A DNA stretch of 64,000 bases from an uncultured Gemmatimonadales bacterium. Its GTDB lineage: Bacteria > Gemmatimonadota > Gemmatimonadetes > Gemmatimonadales > GWC2-71-9. The position numbers and the translations under genes were made by a program. Position 1 is the first letter of the stretch, and each line of letters starts with the position of its first letter. The notes beneath the pieces are model-generated. The model was not told the DNA's origin. It saw nothing but the letters and a program-made list of their open reading frames with translations, and searched no databases. The DNA lies in contig CAWHFW010000005.1 of assembly GCA_963828735.1 (NCBI GenBank), positions 608,001 through 672,000 of the forward strand, given 5' to 3'. Shown in pieces: positions 25,462-36,797 of this stretch.

Positions 25462-26641
25462 AGGGGAACCCCTGTTCCTCCTCCTGCTTCTCTCGCTCGT
25501 GATCGCGGCTCCCCTCCGTGCTCAGGACACCACCATTCAGGCCAGCCGACGGCGGCTCCAGGAAATCCGTCGCGAGCGGGACCGGCTCGAGGAGCAGCAG
25601 CAGCGGCTCCAGGGGCAGGTCCACGATGTGAATGACGAGCTGAGCAATCTCGAGCGGCAGCGCGAATCCACGCAACGGATCATGAACGAGATCGAGCGGC
25701 AGATCGGTGGCCTGTCGAGCGAGCTCGATCGGTCGAGCGCCGAGCTGATACTGGCCGAGGACAATCTCGCCGAGCGGCGCGCGGTGCTGGACCGCCGGCT
25801 CGTCGACATCTACAAGCGCGGAACGCTCTACACCTTTCAGGCGCTGATGGCCGCCGAGTCGTTCGGGGACCTGCTCAGCCGCTACAAGTACCTCTTTCTC
25901 ACGAGCCAGCAGGACCGCGCGCTGGTGACCGACGTCGAGCTGCTCCGGGGCCGCGTCGTCGCCGAGCGGGACAACATCCTCGACGTGCGCGGCCAGCTCG
26001 ACCGCTCGCGCCAGGAGCGCGAGGCGGAGTACGCCAAGTACACGGAGCTGGCGCAGGCTCGCGAGCGCAGGCTGGAGCAGCTGCGGCGCTCGGCGCGGAG
26101 CACCGAGCGACGGCTCTCGGCGCTGCAGAAGGACGAGGCCCGCCTGAACGGCCTTCTCGCGGCGCTCGAGCGCGCCCGGCGGGAGGAGCTGGCCCGTGGC
26201 TCGCTTCGCGGTACGGTGGCCGGCCCCGGCTCGATCACCACCGCCAGCCTCGGCAAGCTCGACTGGCCGGTCGAGGGCACCATCGTCTACCGGTTCGGCC
26301 GGGACACGCTGCCGAGCGGCGGCATCATCCGGTGGAACGGCATCGGCATCGCGGCGCAGGTCGGCACGCCCGTGCATGCGGTGGCGGCGGGAAAGGTCCG
26401 GCTGGTGGGACAGTTCGGCACCTACGGACTCACGGTCGTCCTGGAGCACGGCAACGGCTACTACTCGGTGTACTCCCATCTGGAGTCGGCCGCGGTCAAG
26501 CTCGGCGCCTCGATCACGAAGGGGGCGCTGATCGGGAGCGTGGGCGGTGAGAACTCCGAGTACGGGCCGCACCTCCATTTCGAGATCCGCGGCGACAACC
26601 AGGTCGCGCTCGATCCCACGACCTGGCTCCGGAGGCGTTGA
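25454..26641 (+). CDS. envC: EnvC-like coiled-coil + degenerate M23 murein hydrolase activator
   Basis: Long coiled coil, LDWPVEG, WNGIGI (no HxxxD), YSHL, HLHFEIR; follows ftsEX. Confidence 0.75.
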   Translation: MCRGEPLFLLLLLSLVIAAPLRAQDTTIQASRRRLQEIRRERDRLEEQQQRLQGQVHDVNDELSNLERQRESTQRIMNEIERQIGGLSSELDRSSAELILAEDNLAERRAVLDRRLVDIYKRGTLYTFQALMAAESFGDLLSRYKYLFLTSQQDRALVTDVELLRGRVVAERDNILDVRGQLDRSRQEREAEYAKYTELAQARERRLEQLRRSARSTERRLSALQKDEARLNGLLAALERARREELARGSLRGTVAGPGSITTASLGKLDWPVEGTIVYRFGRDTLPSGGIIRWNGIGIAAQVGTPVHAVAAGKVRLVGQFGTYGLTVVLEHGNGYYSVYSHLESAAVKLGASITKGALIGSVGGENSEYGPHLHFEIRGDNQVALDPTTWLRRR

Positions 26642-26685
26642 TCCGGCGCACGGGTCCGCAGCGTCATGCGACTCGTCGCACCGGA
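26642..26685. terminator. Imperfect hairpin between convergent envC and REC-GAF-GGDEF genes
   Basis: TCCGGCGCACGGGTCCGCA...TGCGACTCGTCGCACCGGA. Confidence 0.4.
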
Positions 26686-26704
26686 CGATCGCTGGACGGT
26701 CGGC

Positions 26705-27988
26705 TCAATCCGCCACGCCGATGCGCTCGCCGCTCTGCGCCCGGCCGCGGAGCAGCGCCGCCTCGACCAGCGCGAAGAGGTCGTCCGGCACGGTGACGGC
26801 TGGGTGAGGATACGCGACGATTCCCGCACTCGTCCCATCGAGATGTTTCCGCAGCCGGAGCACCGACCGCCGCGCCCCGTCCGCGTCGGTCTCGGGAAGG
26901 ACGACCGCGACCTCGGCGTCGCCGTAGGGCGACACGAAATCCGGCAGCCGGAGCTCGCGCCTGACGTAGCCGGTCGCCTCGCGTCTCCGCCGCTCACGTG
27001 CCTCGAAGTCGGTGGGATCCTCGTCGGGTGGCGTCTCCACATCGAGCAGGACGAAGCTGAAGCCGAGCGAATAGCGCCGCGCGCGCTCGAGCTCTTCCTG
27101 GAGACGCCGATCGAGCGCCGGGTCCGTGGACGATGTCGTGTGGCCGCCGCTCCGGCCGCGGCCGGCCTCGAGCGCTCGCGCCGCCGCCTCGGCGAGGCTC
27201 GCCGCGAGACCGAGCTGCCTGGCGCTCAGGGCCGGGGCGGTATCTTGTCCCCGGAGGAGCAGGACGCCGCTCACCTCGTCGTCCACCACGACCGGCAGGA
27301 TTGTCGTGGCCGCTCCCGCGCCCGTGTGCGTTTCCGTGAGAGCGAGCGCCCGGCGGCTCCGGATCGCCTCCGCGATCTCGGGATAGCGATCCAGGTCCAG
27401 GTGCGACGTCTCGGGCTGCCCGTCGCCCGGGTGGGCGAGCACGCGGCCGTGGTCCTCCCCGGGGCGCGTGACCACGAAGGAGCATTGCGCGAGCGCGAGG
27501 GCCCGTCCGAGGCGGCGCACCAGTGCCAGCGCGATCTCGTCGGGCTGGAGTGGTGAGCGCGCCTCCTCGACCAGGTCGCGAAGGCTGTCCCGGATACGAG
27601 CCTCGTACGGCGTTCGGAACGGGGCCTGACGGTCGCGAATGCGCGCCACGAGCCGAGCGCAGAGGTCCGGGAGGTGGACCGGAGCCGCGAGCGCGTCGGC
27701 GGCCCCGAGCGCGAGCGCCGCGGCCACACCATCGCGGTCCTCCGCTGCGAACACGATTATCCTTGGCGGCTCCGCGCCGGCGGCGGCGAGAACCTGGCTG
27801 AGGCGTTCGGGATCGGCGGTGGGGAGTGTAGTGACGATGGCGTCCGGAACCGGCTCGTGCGGGCCGTTCGTCCCCTCGTCCAGCTGAAACCCAGCCCGGG
27901 TCAGCGCACGCTCGAGCCCCTCGGGCCGCGCCGCGGCGTCGCCCGTCAGGACGAGACGAGGCCGCGCGAGCGAGTCGCCGCCGGTCAC
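26705..27988 (-). CDS. Degenerate REC-GAF-GGDEF-like signalling protein
   Basis: REC-like 'ALALGAADALAAPV', GAF-like middle, 'RLQEELERARRY..FSFVLLDV...RLPDFVSPYGDAEVAVVLPETD'; start position uncertain. Confidence 0.7.
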   Translation of the reverse strand: MTGGDSLARPRLVLTGDAAARPEGLERALTRAGFQLDEGTNGPHEPVPDAIVTTLPTADPERLSQVLAAAGAEPPRIIVFAAEDRDGVAAALALGAADALAAPVHLPDLCARLVARIRDRQAPFRTPYEARIRDSLRDLVEEARSPLQPDEIALALVRRLGRALALAQCSFVVTRPGEDHGRVLAHPGDGQPETSHLDLDRYPEIAEAIRSRRALALTETHTGAGAATTILPVVVDDEVSGVLLLRGQDTAPALSARQLGLAASLAEAAARALEAGRGRSGGHTTSSTDPALDRRLQEELERARRYSLGFSFVLLDVETPPDEDPTDFEARERRRREATGYVRRELRLPDFVSPYGDAEVAVVLPETDADGARRSVLRLRKHLDGTSAGIVAYPHPAVTVPDDLFALVEAALLRGRAQSGERIGVAD

Positions 27989-28005
27989 AGGATCACGAGG
28001 GCTGA

Positions 28006-28881
28006 ATGGGTCAACGAACGCCGTCCGAACTGCTGGGCGCGCACGTCTCAACCCAAGGGGGCGTGTGGACTGCCCCCGGCCGCGGCACGGCCATCGGGGC
28101 CTCCGCTGTTCAGATTTTCACCAAGACTCCCAACCAGTGGCGGGAGCCGGTCATCGAGAGCGACACCGCTGACGCCTTCCGTCGCGAACTCGCGCGCAGC
28201 GGCATCGCCCGTATAGTGGCGCATGATTCCTACCTAATCAACCTCGCGTCGCCGGAGCGCACGCTGCGCGCGCGCTCCGAGGCATCGTTCGGCGCGGAGC
28301 TCGAGCGGTGCGCGCGCCTCGGCATTCCGTACGTCGTCTCCCATCCCGGCAACTACATCGACGACCGCGCGTCCGGCCTGGCACGGAACGCGGAGTCGTA
28401 CACCCGATGCCTCGAAGCCGTTCAGGGCGTGGGCGTCCTGATCGAGACTACGGCTGGGACCGGCTCGTGCCTAGGGAGCACCTTCGAAGAGCTCGCCGCC
28501 CTGCGCGAGGCGATCGGCGGACGGGTGCGCCGGCGCGTCGCCTTCTGCGCCGACACGTGCCACCTCTATTCCGCGGGGTACGACCTGGTGAAGGACTTCG
28601 ACGGCGTGTGGGACCGATGGGACGCGGTCATCGGACTGGCGCACCTCAAGGTGCTTCACCTCAATGATTCCAAGACGCCGTTCCATTCGCGCCGCGACCG
28701 GCACGAGCTCATCGGCGAGGGCTCGCTCGGCCCCGAGCCGTTCCGGCGGATCATGCGGGACCCGCGCTTCGCCGGCGTCATGAAGATCCTCGAGACGCCG
28801 AAAGGCGACGACGAGTTCACCCATGACCGTCGCATGCTGCGACGTCTGCGCGCCTATGCGCGCGTTCGACCGGCGCGTTGA
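28006..28881 (+). CDS. nfo: Endonuclease IV
   Basis: LGAHVS, QIFTK, AHDSYLINL, HPG, IETTAG, DTCH, HLNDSK, DRHE, ILETP. Confidence 0.95.
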   Translation: MGQRTPSELLGAHVSTQGGVWTAPGRGTAIGASAVQIFTKTPNQWREPVIESDTADAFRRELARSGIARIVAHDSYLINLASPERTLRARSEASFGAELERCARLGIPYVVSHPGNYIDDRASGLARNAESYTRCLEAVQGVGVLIETTAGTGSCLGSTFEELAALREAIGGRVRRRVAFCADTCHLYSAGYDLVKDFDGVWDRWDAVIGLAHLKVLHLNDSKTPFHSRRDRHELIGEGSLGPEPFRRIMRDPRFAGVMKILETPKGDDEFTHDRRMLRRLRAYARVRPAR

Positions 28882-28913
28882 CCGCGCGCATGGCCGTCGG
28901 CATCTTCCCCCCC

Positions 28914-29519
28914 ATGCGAAAGCCAATCCTGTTGCTGGCCCTGCTGTTTCCGGCCGGCGTCTCGAGCCTTCGGGCCCAGACGGAGTTCTATGCCCGCCTT
29001 GGCGCGGTCGGTTCGACCAACCTGCTGCGCGACGTGATCGTGAACGAGGTCACGGTGCGACAGTCGATCGCCCCGATGCTCGCGCTCGGTGGGTCGCTCC
29101 CGATCGGTACGGGCGGCTACCGAGTGGGCCTCGAAGGGACCTTCGCGTCGGGGAAGTTCCACAGCACCGAGGACGGCAACGACACCGATCTCGGCACGCT
29201 CCGGACCGGCAGCCTGATGCTGCAGCTCGAGGGTCCGCTCCACCAGGCCTTTCGCTGGCGCGTGGGGCTCGGCGCGTTGCAGTACTGGCCCGATGAGAAG
29301 GAAGGCATCTTCGCGCTCGGGGGTGACACCCGCTTCCTGGCCGGCGCCGGAATCGATTACCGCAAGCAGGTAATGACCAAGTGGGACCTCATGACGTCGT
29401 TGCGCTACGACTTTCACCGCTTCACCACCGACGAGCTCAAGCGGCGCGGCTTCTCGCAGACCCAGGACGTGAGCCGGGTGTCGCTCTCGATTGGGCTGAG
29501 CCGGAGACCCAGCCAATGA
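28914..29519 (+). CDS. Outer-membrane beta-barrel-like protein
   Basis: Signal peptide and alternating amphipathic beta-strands. Confidence 0.55.
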   Translation: MRKPILLLALLFPAGVSSLRAQTEFYARLGAVGSTNLLRDVIVNEVTVRQSIAPMLALGGSLPIGTGGYRVGLEGTFASGKFHSTEDGNDTDLGTLRTGSLMLQLEGPLHQAFRWRVGLGALQYWPDEKEGIFALGGDTRFLAGAGIDYRKQVMTKWDLMTSLRYDFHRFTTDELKRRGFSQTQDVSRVSLSIGLSRRPSQ

Positions 29520-30184
29520 GCCGCCGCGTCCGCTGGACCGCGGGCCTTCTGGTCGCCGCCACCTCGGCGTGCAGCGACATCGCCGCGCCGATCCGCAGCG
29601 ACTTCTACGAGTGGCGGCTGATCACTCCCAAGGTGACCGGCTCGGGCGACGACAGCCTCTCGTTCCATTGGCCGGCGAGCCGCATACCGGTACGTATCTG
29701 GGTGGAGGACGCCGCCAGCCTCCCGCAGAACATGCCGAACGCCATCTCGGCCTGGCGAACGGCCTTCCTCTACGGCGAATTCGACGCCACGGTGGTCAGC
29801 GACTCGACCAGCGCCGACGTGATCGTCCGGGCCGGGGCGGCTCCGGGCATCCAGTTCGCCAGGGCGCGGCTCAACAGCGCCCTAGCGCCGGAGTGCGCGG
29901 GGGCCACCGATCTCGACATCAGCGAGGATCACACCCAGCTTCGCCTGCCGGTCCGCGTGTTCATCGACCCGCGGTCGGAGCCGAACGCTCCTGGGCTTCC
30001 CGAATGCCTCGCGCTCACGACCACGCACGAGCTCGGCCATGCGCTGGGCATCTGGCGCCATTCATCCACCGCGACCGACTTGATGTTCGCGGACCCGTCG
30101 GTCGACGGGCCGAGCGCGCGGGACCTGGGGACGGCGGAGGTGATCTACCACGTCCCGGCGAACGTGGAGGCGGTGGGGAGGTAG
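29516..30184 (+). CDS. Matrixin-like zinc metalloprotease lipoprotein
   Basis: Lipobox TSAC; HELGHALGIWRHS; Met-turn DLMF. Confidence 0.8.
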   Translation: MSRRVRWTAGLLVAATSACSDIAAPIRSDFYEWRLITPKVTGSGDDSLSFHWPASRIPVRIWVEDAASLPQNMPNAISAWRTAFLYGEFDATVVSDSTSADVIVRAGAAPGIQFARARLNSALAPECAGATDLDISEDHTQLRLPVRVFIDPRSEPNAPGLPECLALTTTHELGHALGIWRHSSTATDLMFADPSVDGPSARDLGTAEVIYHVPANVEAVGR

Positions 30185-30537
30185 GTCGGGCCGGCGAGCA
30201 GGGAAGTCGGAGGTTGGCAAGCGAGCGGCTGTGATCTCGGGCGTGGCTACAGAGGTTGTCCGCGGGTATCGGGCGCCAACCCGAGGCGGCCATCCTCCGG
30301 GCGAGCCCGCCCGCCGCCTCCGAACCCGGCCGCTCGGACCGAGCGGACTCCGGGCTTCGAGTTGGCCCATCCTCTTCATCCCCTGGCTGACATCGCCTCC
30401 AACCGCACCCGACGCAAGTACTTACCCATCCCCCAGTTGTCTCCGGGGCTCCGCCTGCCGATAATTCCCCGCCTGAACGCGGCCGTCCCCGTCCCTTGGC
30501 CGAGCCTTTTGCCGCGCGCTACGCGCCCCAGGAGCGT

Positions 30538-32139
<1,602 letters not shown>

Positions 32140-32183
32140 TCTCGCGCGGTCCGGGAACCCCGACTCAGGGCTAGATTCCCTCG

Positions 32184-33485
32184 ATGGTCGAGCCCAAAGA
32201 CCTCGAAGTCATCCGCGACCCCCTCTGGGACAACATCCGCCTCGATCGTCCGGCGCTCCTCACGCTGGACACGGCGGCCGTGCAGCGACTGCGGTACGTG
32301 CGGCAGGTCGGCCACGCCTTCCTCGTCTATCCCGGCGCCACCCACACCCGGTTCGAGCACGCGCTGGGCGCCTACCACCTGACCCGGCGCGCCCTGGCGA
32401 GCCTGGAGGAGCGCGGCGAGCTCGAGCGCGTGCCGGAGGACGAGTGTCTCGCGGTGCGGCTCGCCGCGCTGCTCCACGACATCGGCCATTACCCCTTCTC
32501 CCACGCCCTCGAGGAGGCCGGCTTTCCGTCGCACGAGCAGCTGGGCGTCATGAAGCTGGGCCAGGGCGAGCTGGGAGCGCGGCTGGAGGAGATCGGCGGC
32601 GCGTGCTACGCCGACACGCTCGGCGCGTTGATTCGCGGCCGGAGCCAGAGCGCACTCCAGGGCCTGATCTCGGGGTCGCTCGACCTCGACAAGATCGACT
32701 ATCTGAGTCGCGACGCCCGCATGTGCGGCGTACCGTATGGGACGGTGGACGTGGACCGCCTGCTCGCCACGCTGACCCTGGTCGAGATCGCGCCCGGCCG
32801 TTACGAGGTGGGCGTGCTGGAGAAGGGCGTGAGTGCGCTCGAATCGCTCCTGTTCGCGAAGTATCAGATGTACCGGAACGTCTATTGGCATCACGCGGTG
32901 CGGTCGGCCACGTGCATGTTCAAGCGCGCGGTCCGGGGCGCGGTCGCGCGCGGCAGCATCACCGTCGCCGAGATCGCCGAGGCCACCGACGACGGCCTGA
33001 TGGAGCGCCTGATCACGCGCGACGGCAACGCGCTCGCCGCCGCCATCCGCGCTCGCCGCCTCTACAAGCGCGCGCTCGACCTGCCCGCCAGCGACGTGCC
33101 CGAGGTGCCGGAAACCTGGATCGCGGATGATCCAGCCCTGCTGGAGCGGGTCGAGGATGCGGTCGCCCGCGAGGTCGGGCTGGCCCAGGGCGAGGTGCTG
33201 TTAGACTTCCCGGAACGCTCCTCGATGCTCGGCGTCGACCTGCCGCTTCGCACTCGCGGCGGGACCGTCGAGCGCCTGACCGACGCCGGGCGTGCCGGCC
33301 AGCTCGGCCTGCCGCGCGTCGCCGACGAGCTCTACCGGAGCGCCCGTCGCCTCCGCGTCTTCGTCGGGGATACGCCGACCGGCTCGCTCCGCGGCGTGCC
33401 GGCCCTGCTCACCTGCCCCGCGGCCGAGCTACGTCAGCGGCTGGACGCGGGCAGTCCATTGCTCGAGAGGAGAAGTGCTCGATGA
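32184..33485 (+). CDS. HD-domain phosphohydrolase (SAMHD1/dNTP triphosphohydrolase-like family)
   Basis: IRDPLW, QRLRYVRQ, VYPGATHTRFEHALG, LLHDIGHYPFSH, DLDKIDYL.RD, MYRNVYWH. Confidence 0.88.
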   Translation: MVEPKDLEVIRDPLWDNIRLDRPALLTLDTAAVQRLRYVRQVGHAFLVYPGATHTRFEHALGAYHLTRRALASLEERGELERVPEDECLAVRLAALLHDIGHYPFSHALEEAGFPSHEQLGVMKLGQGELGARLEEIGGACYADTLGALIRGRSQSALQGLISGSLDLDKIDYLSRDARMCGVPYGTVDVDRLLATLTLVEIAPGRYEVGVLEKGVSALESLLFAKYQMYRNVYWHHAVRSATCMFKRAVRGAVARGSITVAEIAEATDDGLMERLITRDGNALAAAIRARRLYKRALDLPASDVPEVPETWIADDPALLERVEDAVAREVGLAQGEVLLDFPERSSMLGVDLPLRTRGGTVERLTDAGRAGQLGLPRVADELYRSARRLRVFVGDTPTGSLRGVPALLTCPAAELRQRLDAGSPLLERRSAR

Positions 33486-33949
33486 TCACCCGCCGCAACT
33501 TCGTCGTCCAGGCCGCCGGCTTCGCGCTCGCCGCCATCGGCGCGCGTCGCCTGCTGGGGCAGCGCGCGTCGTCGCCCACCGCCATCACCGTCTACAAGAG
33601 CGCCACCTGCGTCTGCTGCGCCAAGTGGGTGGACCATCTGAGCGCCAACGGGTTCTCGCCGGCCGTGCACGACGAGGCGGACATGGACGCCATCAAGGAC
33701 GAGATGGGAGTGCCGAAAGACGTTCGCTCCTGCCACACCGCGCTCGTGGACCGTTACCAGATCGAGGGCCATGTGCCCGCCGCCGACATCCGGCGCCTGC
33801 TCAAGGAGCGTCCGGCGGTCGCGGGCCTCGCGGTACCGGGAATGCCCAAGAGCACGCCAGGCATGGCGGCTCCGGGCGAGGCCGCAGAGCCGTACGAGGT
33901 CGTGTCGTTCGCGCGGGACGGCAAGACGACGGTGTTCGCGCGCCACTGA
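33482..33949 (+). CDS. DUF411 (CopG-like) metal-binding protein, Tat signal
   Basis: TRRNFV twin-arginine; YKSATCVCC.KW, SCHTA, EGHVP, GLAVPGMP. Confidence 0.88.
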   Translation: MITRRNFVVQAAGFALAAIGARRLLGQRASSPTAITVYKSATCVCCAKWVDHLSANGFSPAVHDEADMDAIKDEMGVPKDVRSCHTALVDRYQIEGHVPAADIRRLLKERPAVAGLAVPGMPKSTPGMAAPGEAAEPYEVVSFARDGKTTVFARH

Positions 33950-33962
33950 CCGGGACCTCCCG

Positions 33963-34484
33963 ATGGCCGAAGTGGTGACGTATCGCGAGGAGTGGCGGGG
34001 CGAGTTCGAGCGGCTGAACCGCGAGTGGATCGAGACCTGGTTCACGCTCGAGCCGGCGGACCTCGAGACGTTCCGGGACCCGGCGGGCAAGATCGTGGCT
34101 CCCGGCGGCCAGGTCTTCTTCGTCCTCGAGGACGGCAAGGTGATGGGGACGTGCGCGGTGGTCCGCCACCGCTCCGACGAGCATGAGATCGCCAAGATGG
34201 CGGTGGCGCCCGAGGCGCGCGGGCGGGGCTACGGCGACCTGCTGATGGAGGCGGCGGTGGAATTCTCCCGTCGGGCGGGCGCGCGCCGGGTCGTGATCGT
34301 TTCCAACACCAAGCTCGCTCCCGCGATCCATCTCTACGAGAAGCACGGGTTCGTCCGCGTCCCCCTCGCGCCCGAGGAGCGCTACCTCCGGGCCGACATC
34401 CGGCTGGAGCGGGAGCTCATCGCGGCCGAGGGTCGCGCGTCCGGCGGCGCCGATTCGCCCACCGGCATGAGCCGATTCGGCTAG
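33963..34484 (+). CDS. GNAT family N-acetyltransferase
   Basis: EIAKMAVAPEARGRGYG, AIHLYEKHGF. Confidence 0.88.
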   Translation: MAEVVTYREEWRGEFERLNREWIETWFTLEPADLETFRDPAGKIVAPGGQVFFVLEDGKVMGTCAVVRHRSDEHEIAKMAVAPEARGRGYGDLLMEAAVEFSRRAGARRVVIVSNTKLAPAIHLYEKHGFVRVPLAPEERYLRADIRLERELIAAEGRASGGADSPTGMSRFG

Positions 34485-34513
34485 CTGACAAGCGTCCCAG
34501 CGCCCACCACACC

Positions 34514-34576
34514 AAGCAACCGAGGGACCTGCTCTCGCCGAGTATGATTCCGGCCCGAGCGGTCCCTCGGTCGCTT
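34514..34576. repeat. Long REP-like inverted repeat / bidirectional terminator between convergent genes
   Basis: AAGCAACCGAGGGACCTGCTC ... GAGCGGTCCCTCGGTCGCTT. Confidence 0.6.
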
Positions 34577-34602
34577 CAGTTTCCGGACAGCTGGCCTCGG
34601 CC

Positions 34603-35385
34603 TCAGGTCGATCCCGCCGCCGCCGCGGCCGTCGGGTGCTCGCCCGTCGTGCTGTCCACCGAGTCGATCCGGATCACGATGGCGGTGATGTTGTCGAGGC
34701 CGCCGCGCCGGTTGGCTTCGGTCACCATGCGGTCGACCCAGTGCTGGGGTCCGCCATCCGCGCTGAGGATGCGCGTCAGCTGCTCGTCCTCCAGCATGCC
34801 CGTCAGGCCGTCGGAGGCGAGCAGGATGACGTCGCCCTCCTCGAGCGTGCCGAAGTAGATGTCCGGCACGACGTCCATGCTGGCGCCGACGCACCGGGTG
34901 ATCACGTTGCTGTACGGGTGGACGCGAGCCTGCTCGGGCGTGAGGAGTCCCGCGTCGACCTGTTCCTGCACGTACGAGTGGTCCTTGGTGAGCTGCTGGA
35001 ACTCGCCCTTCCGGAGCAGGTAGGCCCGGCTGTCCCCCACCTGGCCGATCAGATACCGCTTGGGCATGAGCACGAGCACGGTGGCGGTCGTGCCCATGCC
35101 GCGCTTGTCGTGCTCCGAGATCGTCCGCTCGAAGATCGCATCGTTGGCCGCGCGGATCGCGGTCGAGACCCGGTCGCCGGCCTGTTCGTCGCTCAGGCCG
35201 CGGACCGACCCGATCTTGTGCGAGGTGATCCGGACCGCCATCTCGCTCGCGACCTCGCCCGCGGCGTGCCCGCCCATGCCGTCCGCGACGATGAAGACCC
35301 CGCGGTCGGCGAGCATGAGGTAGTTGTCCTCGTTCCCCGAGCGAACGATGCCGATATCGGTGCGAGCGGCGCAGGTGAAGTGCAC
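34603..35385 (-). CDS. PP2C-family Ser/Thr phosphatase (Stp1/PrpC type)
   Basis: TDIG.VRSGNED, VADGMGGH..GEVAS, GMGTT, VGDSRAY, QLTKDHS, ASDGL, GGLDNIT. Confidence 0.93.
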   Translation of the reverse strand: MHFTCAARTDIGIVRSGNEDNYLMLADRGVFIVADGMGGHAAGEVASEMAVRITSHKIGSVRGLSDEQAGDRVSTAIRAANDAIFERTISEHDKRGMGTTATVLVLMPKRYLIGQVGDSRAYLLRKGEFQQLTKDHSYVQEQVDAGLLTPEQARVHPYSNVITRCVGASMDVVPDIYFGTLEEGDVILLASDGLTGMLEDEQLTRILSADGGPQHWVDRMVTEANRRGGLDNITAIVIRIDSVDSTTGEHPTAAAAAGST

Positions 35386-35398
35386 GGGATCCCGTTCG

Positions 35399-36721
35399 TC
35401 AGCGCAGAAGGAAGAATGCCACGACAGCGCCGACCACAACGAGCGCCGCGATGAGCCAGGTCGGCGGCCCGCTCGGCCGCGGCGTCGCCGCCCGAATGGT
35501 GCGGCGCGGACGCAGCTCCGCGTCCGGCTCGCCCGCCGACGCCTCCTCGGCCTCGCCGCGCGGGAGCACCGCCGAGAGCACCTGCGTCCCGGACGACCGC
35601 CGGATCGGCGTGGCTTCGTCGAGCGGCTCGAACAGCACCGCCACCTCGCCGAACTTGATCGTCGCGCCCGGGCCGAGCGCGACCTCGCCCGACAGGCGCT
35701 CGCCCTCGACGAACGTACCGTTGGTCGAGCCCAGGTCGCTCAGGACCCACACGTCGTCGCGCCGTTGGAGCTTCGCGTGGGTGGTACTCACGCTCGGGTC
35801 GTTGATCACGACGTCGTTGAAGTCGGCCCGGCCGATGTTGACCACCGGCACCTTCACCGGCAGCCGGCGCCCCTTCATCGCGCCGCTGCGGACGAGGAGC
35901 GAGGCGAGCGGCGCCACCTGGGGCGTCGTCGGCGTGACCGTGGCGTTCGGCATGGGCTGCGGCATGCCAAGAAGCGTATCGGACAGCCGCGAGCCCGCGC
36001 CGGTCGGCGGCTGCGGCGCCGTCACGGGCGGGACGCTGCGGCGTCCGCGAGGCGGTGGTGGCGGGGCCGCCACATCGGCATAGAAGCGGAACTCGTCGTG
36101 GCCGATCCGGATCACGTCGGCGCGGGCCAGCAGTTGCTGCCGTCCGACGCGCTCGCCGTTCACGTAGGTCCCGTTCACGCTCAGGTCGTTGAGGACATAG
36201 CCCTCCGGCGTGGCCTGGATTTCGGCGTGACGGCGCGACACCTCGTTGCCCGTGACCACGACGTCCGACCCCGCGTCCCGGCCGAACACGAGGCTCGCGC
36301 CGGACATGGTGTACTCCCGTCCGTCGGTCAGGCAGACGATGCGGCCGCCGGAGGCGGCCGGCGTGGCCGGGGTCGAAGGACGGGGCGGGGCGAGGTCGGT
36401 GAAAGCGCCGGAGTCGAACAGTTGCGTATGGCCGGTGCGGCGGCTGTCGACGGCGAGGATCTCGTGCGCGCCGATCTGAATCTTGTCGCCGTGCAGCACG
36501 GGGGTGGGATCGACACCCAGGGCGACGCCGTTGACGATGATTTCCGCGTCCGGCCCTGCCGCCCGGAGCGCGGCGGCGCCCTGGGCGGTCCCCAGCACGA
36601 TCGCATGCCGGGGCAGGATGCCGGCGCCCTCGAGCAGGATGGCACTGCCCGGCGCGGACCCTATGATCATCTCACCGACGGGCACGGGGATTCGTGCGCC
36701 GCCGAATTCGAGCTGCATCAT
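35399..36721 (-). CDS. Multi-FHA domain membrane protein (3 FHA + C-terminal TM)
   Basis: FGR...VSRRHA...SVNGTYVNG; IGR...VSTTHA...STNGTFV; degenerate first FHA; C-terminal hydrophobic anchor. Confidence 0.85.
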   Translation of the reverse strand: MMQLEFGGARIPVPVGEMIIGSAPGSAILLEGAGILPRHAIVLGTAQGAAALRAAGPDAEIIVNGVALGVDPTPVLHGDKIQIGAHEILAVDSRRTGHTQLFDSGAFTDLAPPRPSTPATPAASGGRIVCLTDGREYTMSGASLVFGRDAGSDVVVTGNEVSRRHAEIQATPEGYVLNDLSVNGTYVNGERVGRQQLLARADVIRIGHDEFRFYADVAAPPPPPRGRRSVPPVTAPQPPTGAGSRLSDTLLGMPQPMPNATVTPTTPQVAPLASLLVRSGAMKGRRLPVKVPVVNIGRADFNDVVINDPSVSTTHAKLQRRDDVWVLSDLGSTNGTFVEGERLSGEVALGPGATIKFGEVAVLFEPLDEATPIRRSSGTQVLSAVLPRGEAEEASAGEPDAELRPRRTIRAATPRPSGPPTWLIAALVVVGAVVAFFLLR

Positions 36722-36797
36722 CGATCAAATTCCTAAGTGTAGAAACGGCCGCCGACAAACGTATCCCGCGGCCCGTAACCGCGCAAGCAAGTTCGGG

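Noticed and set aside
30185..30537. Structured RNA or small gene in the long pckA upstream region
   Set aside because: Several GC stems are possible but expected at this composition; candidate ORFs are low-complexity and lack a convincing RBS/frame.
32184..33485. HD protein as Cas3'' or an anti-phage dGTPase
   Set aside because: Housekeeping context beside pckA, no cas or defence neighbours, and motifs fit the widespread HD family.
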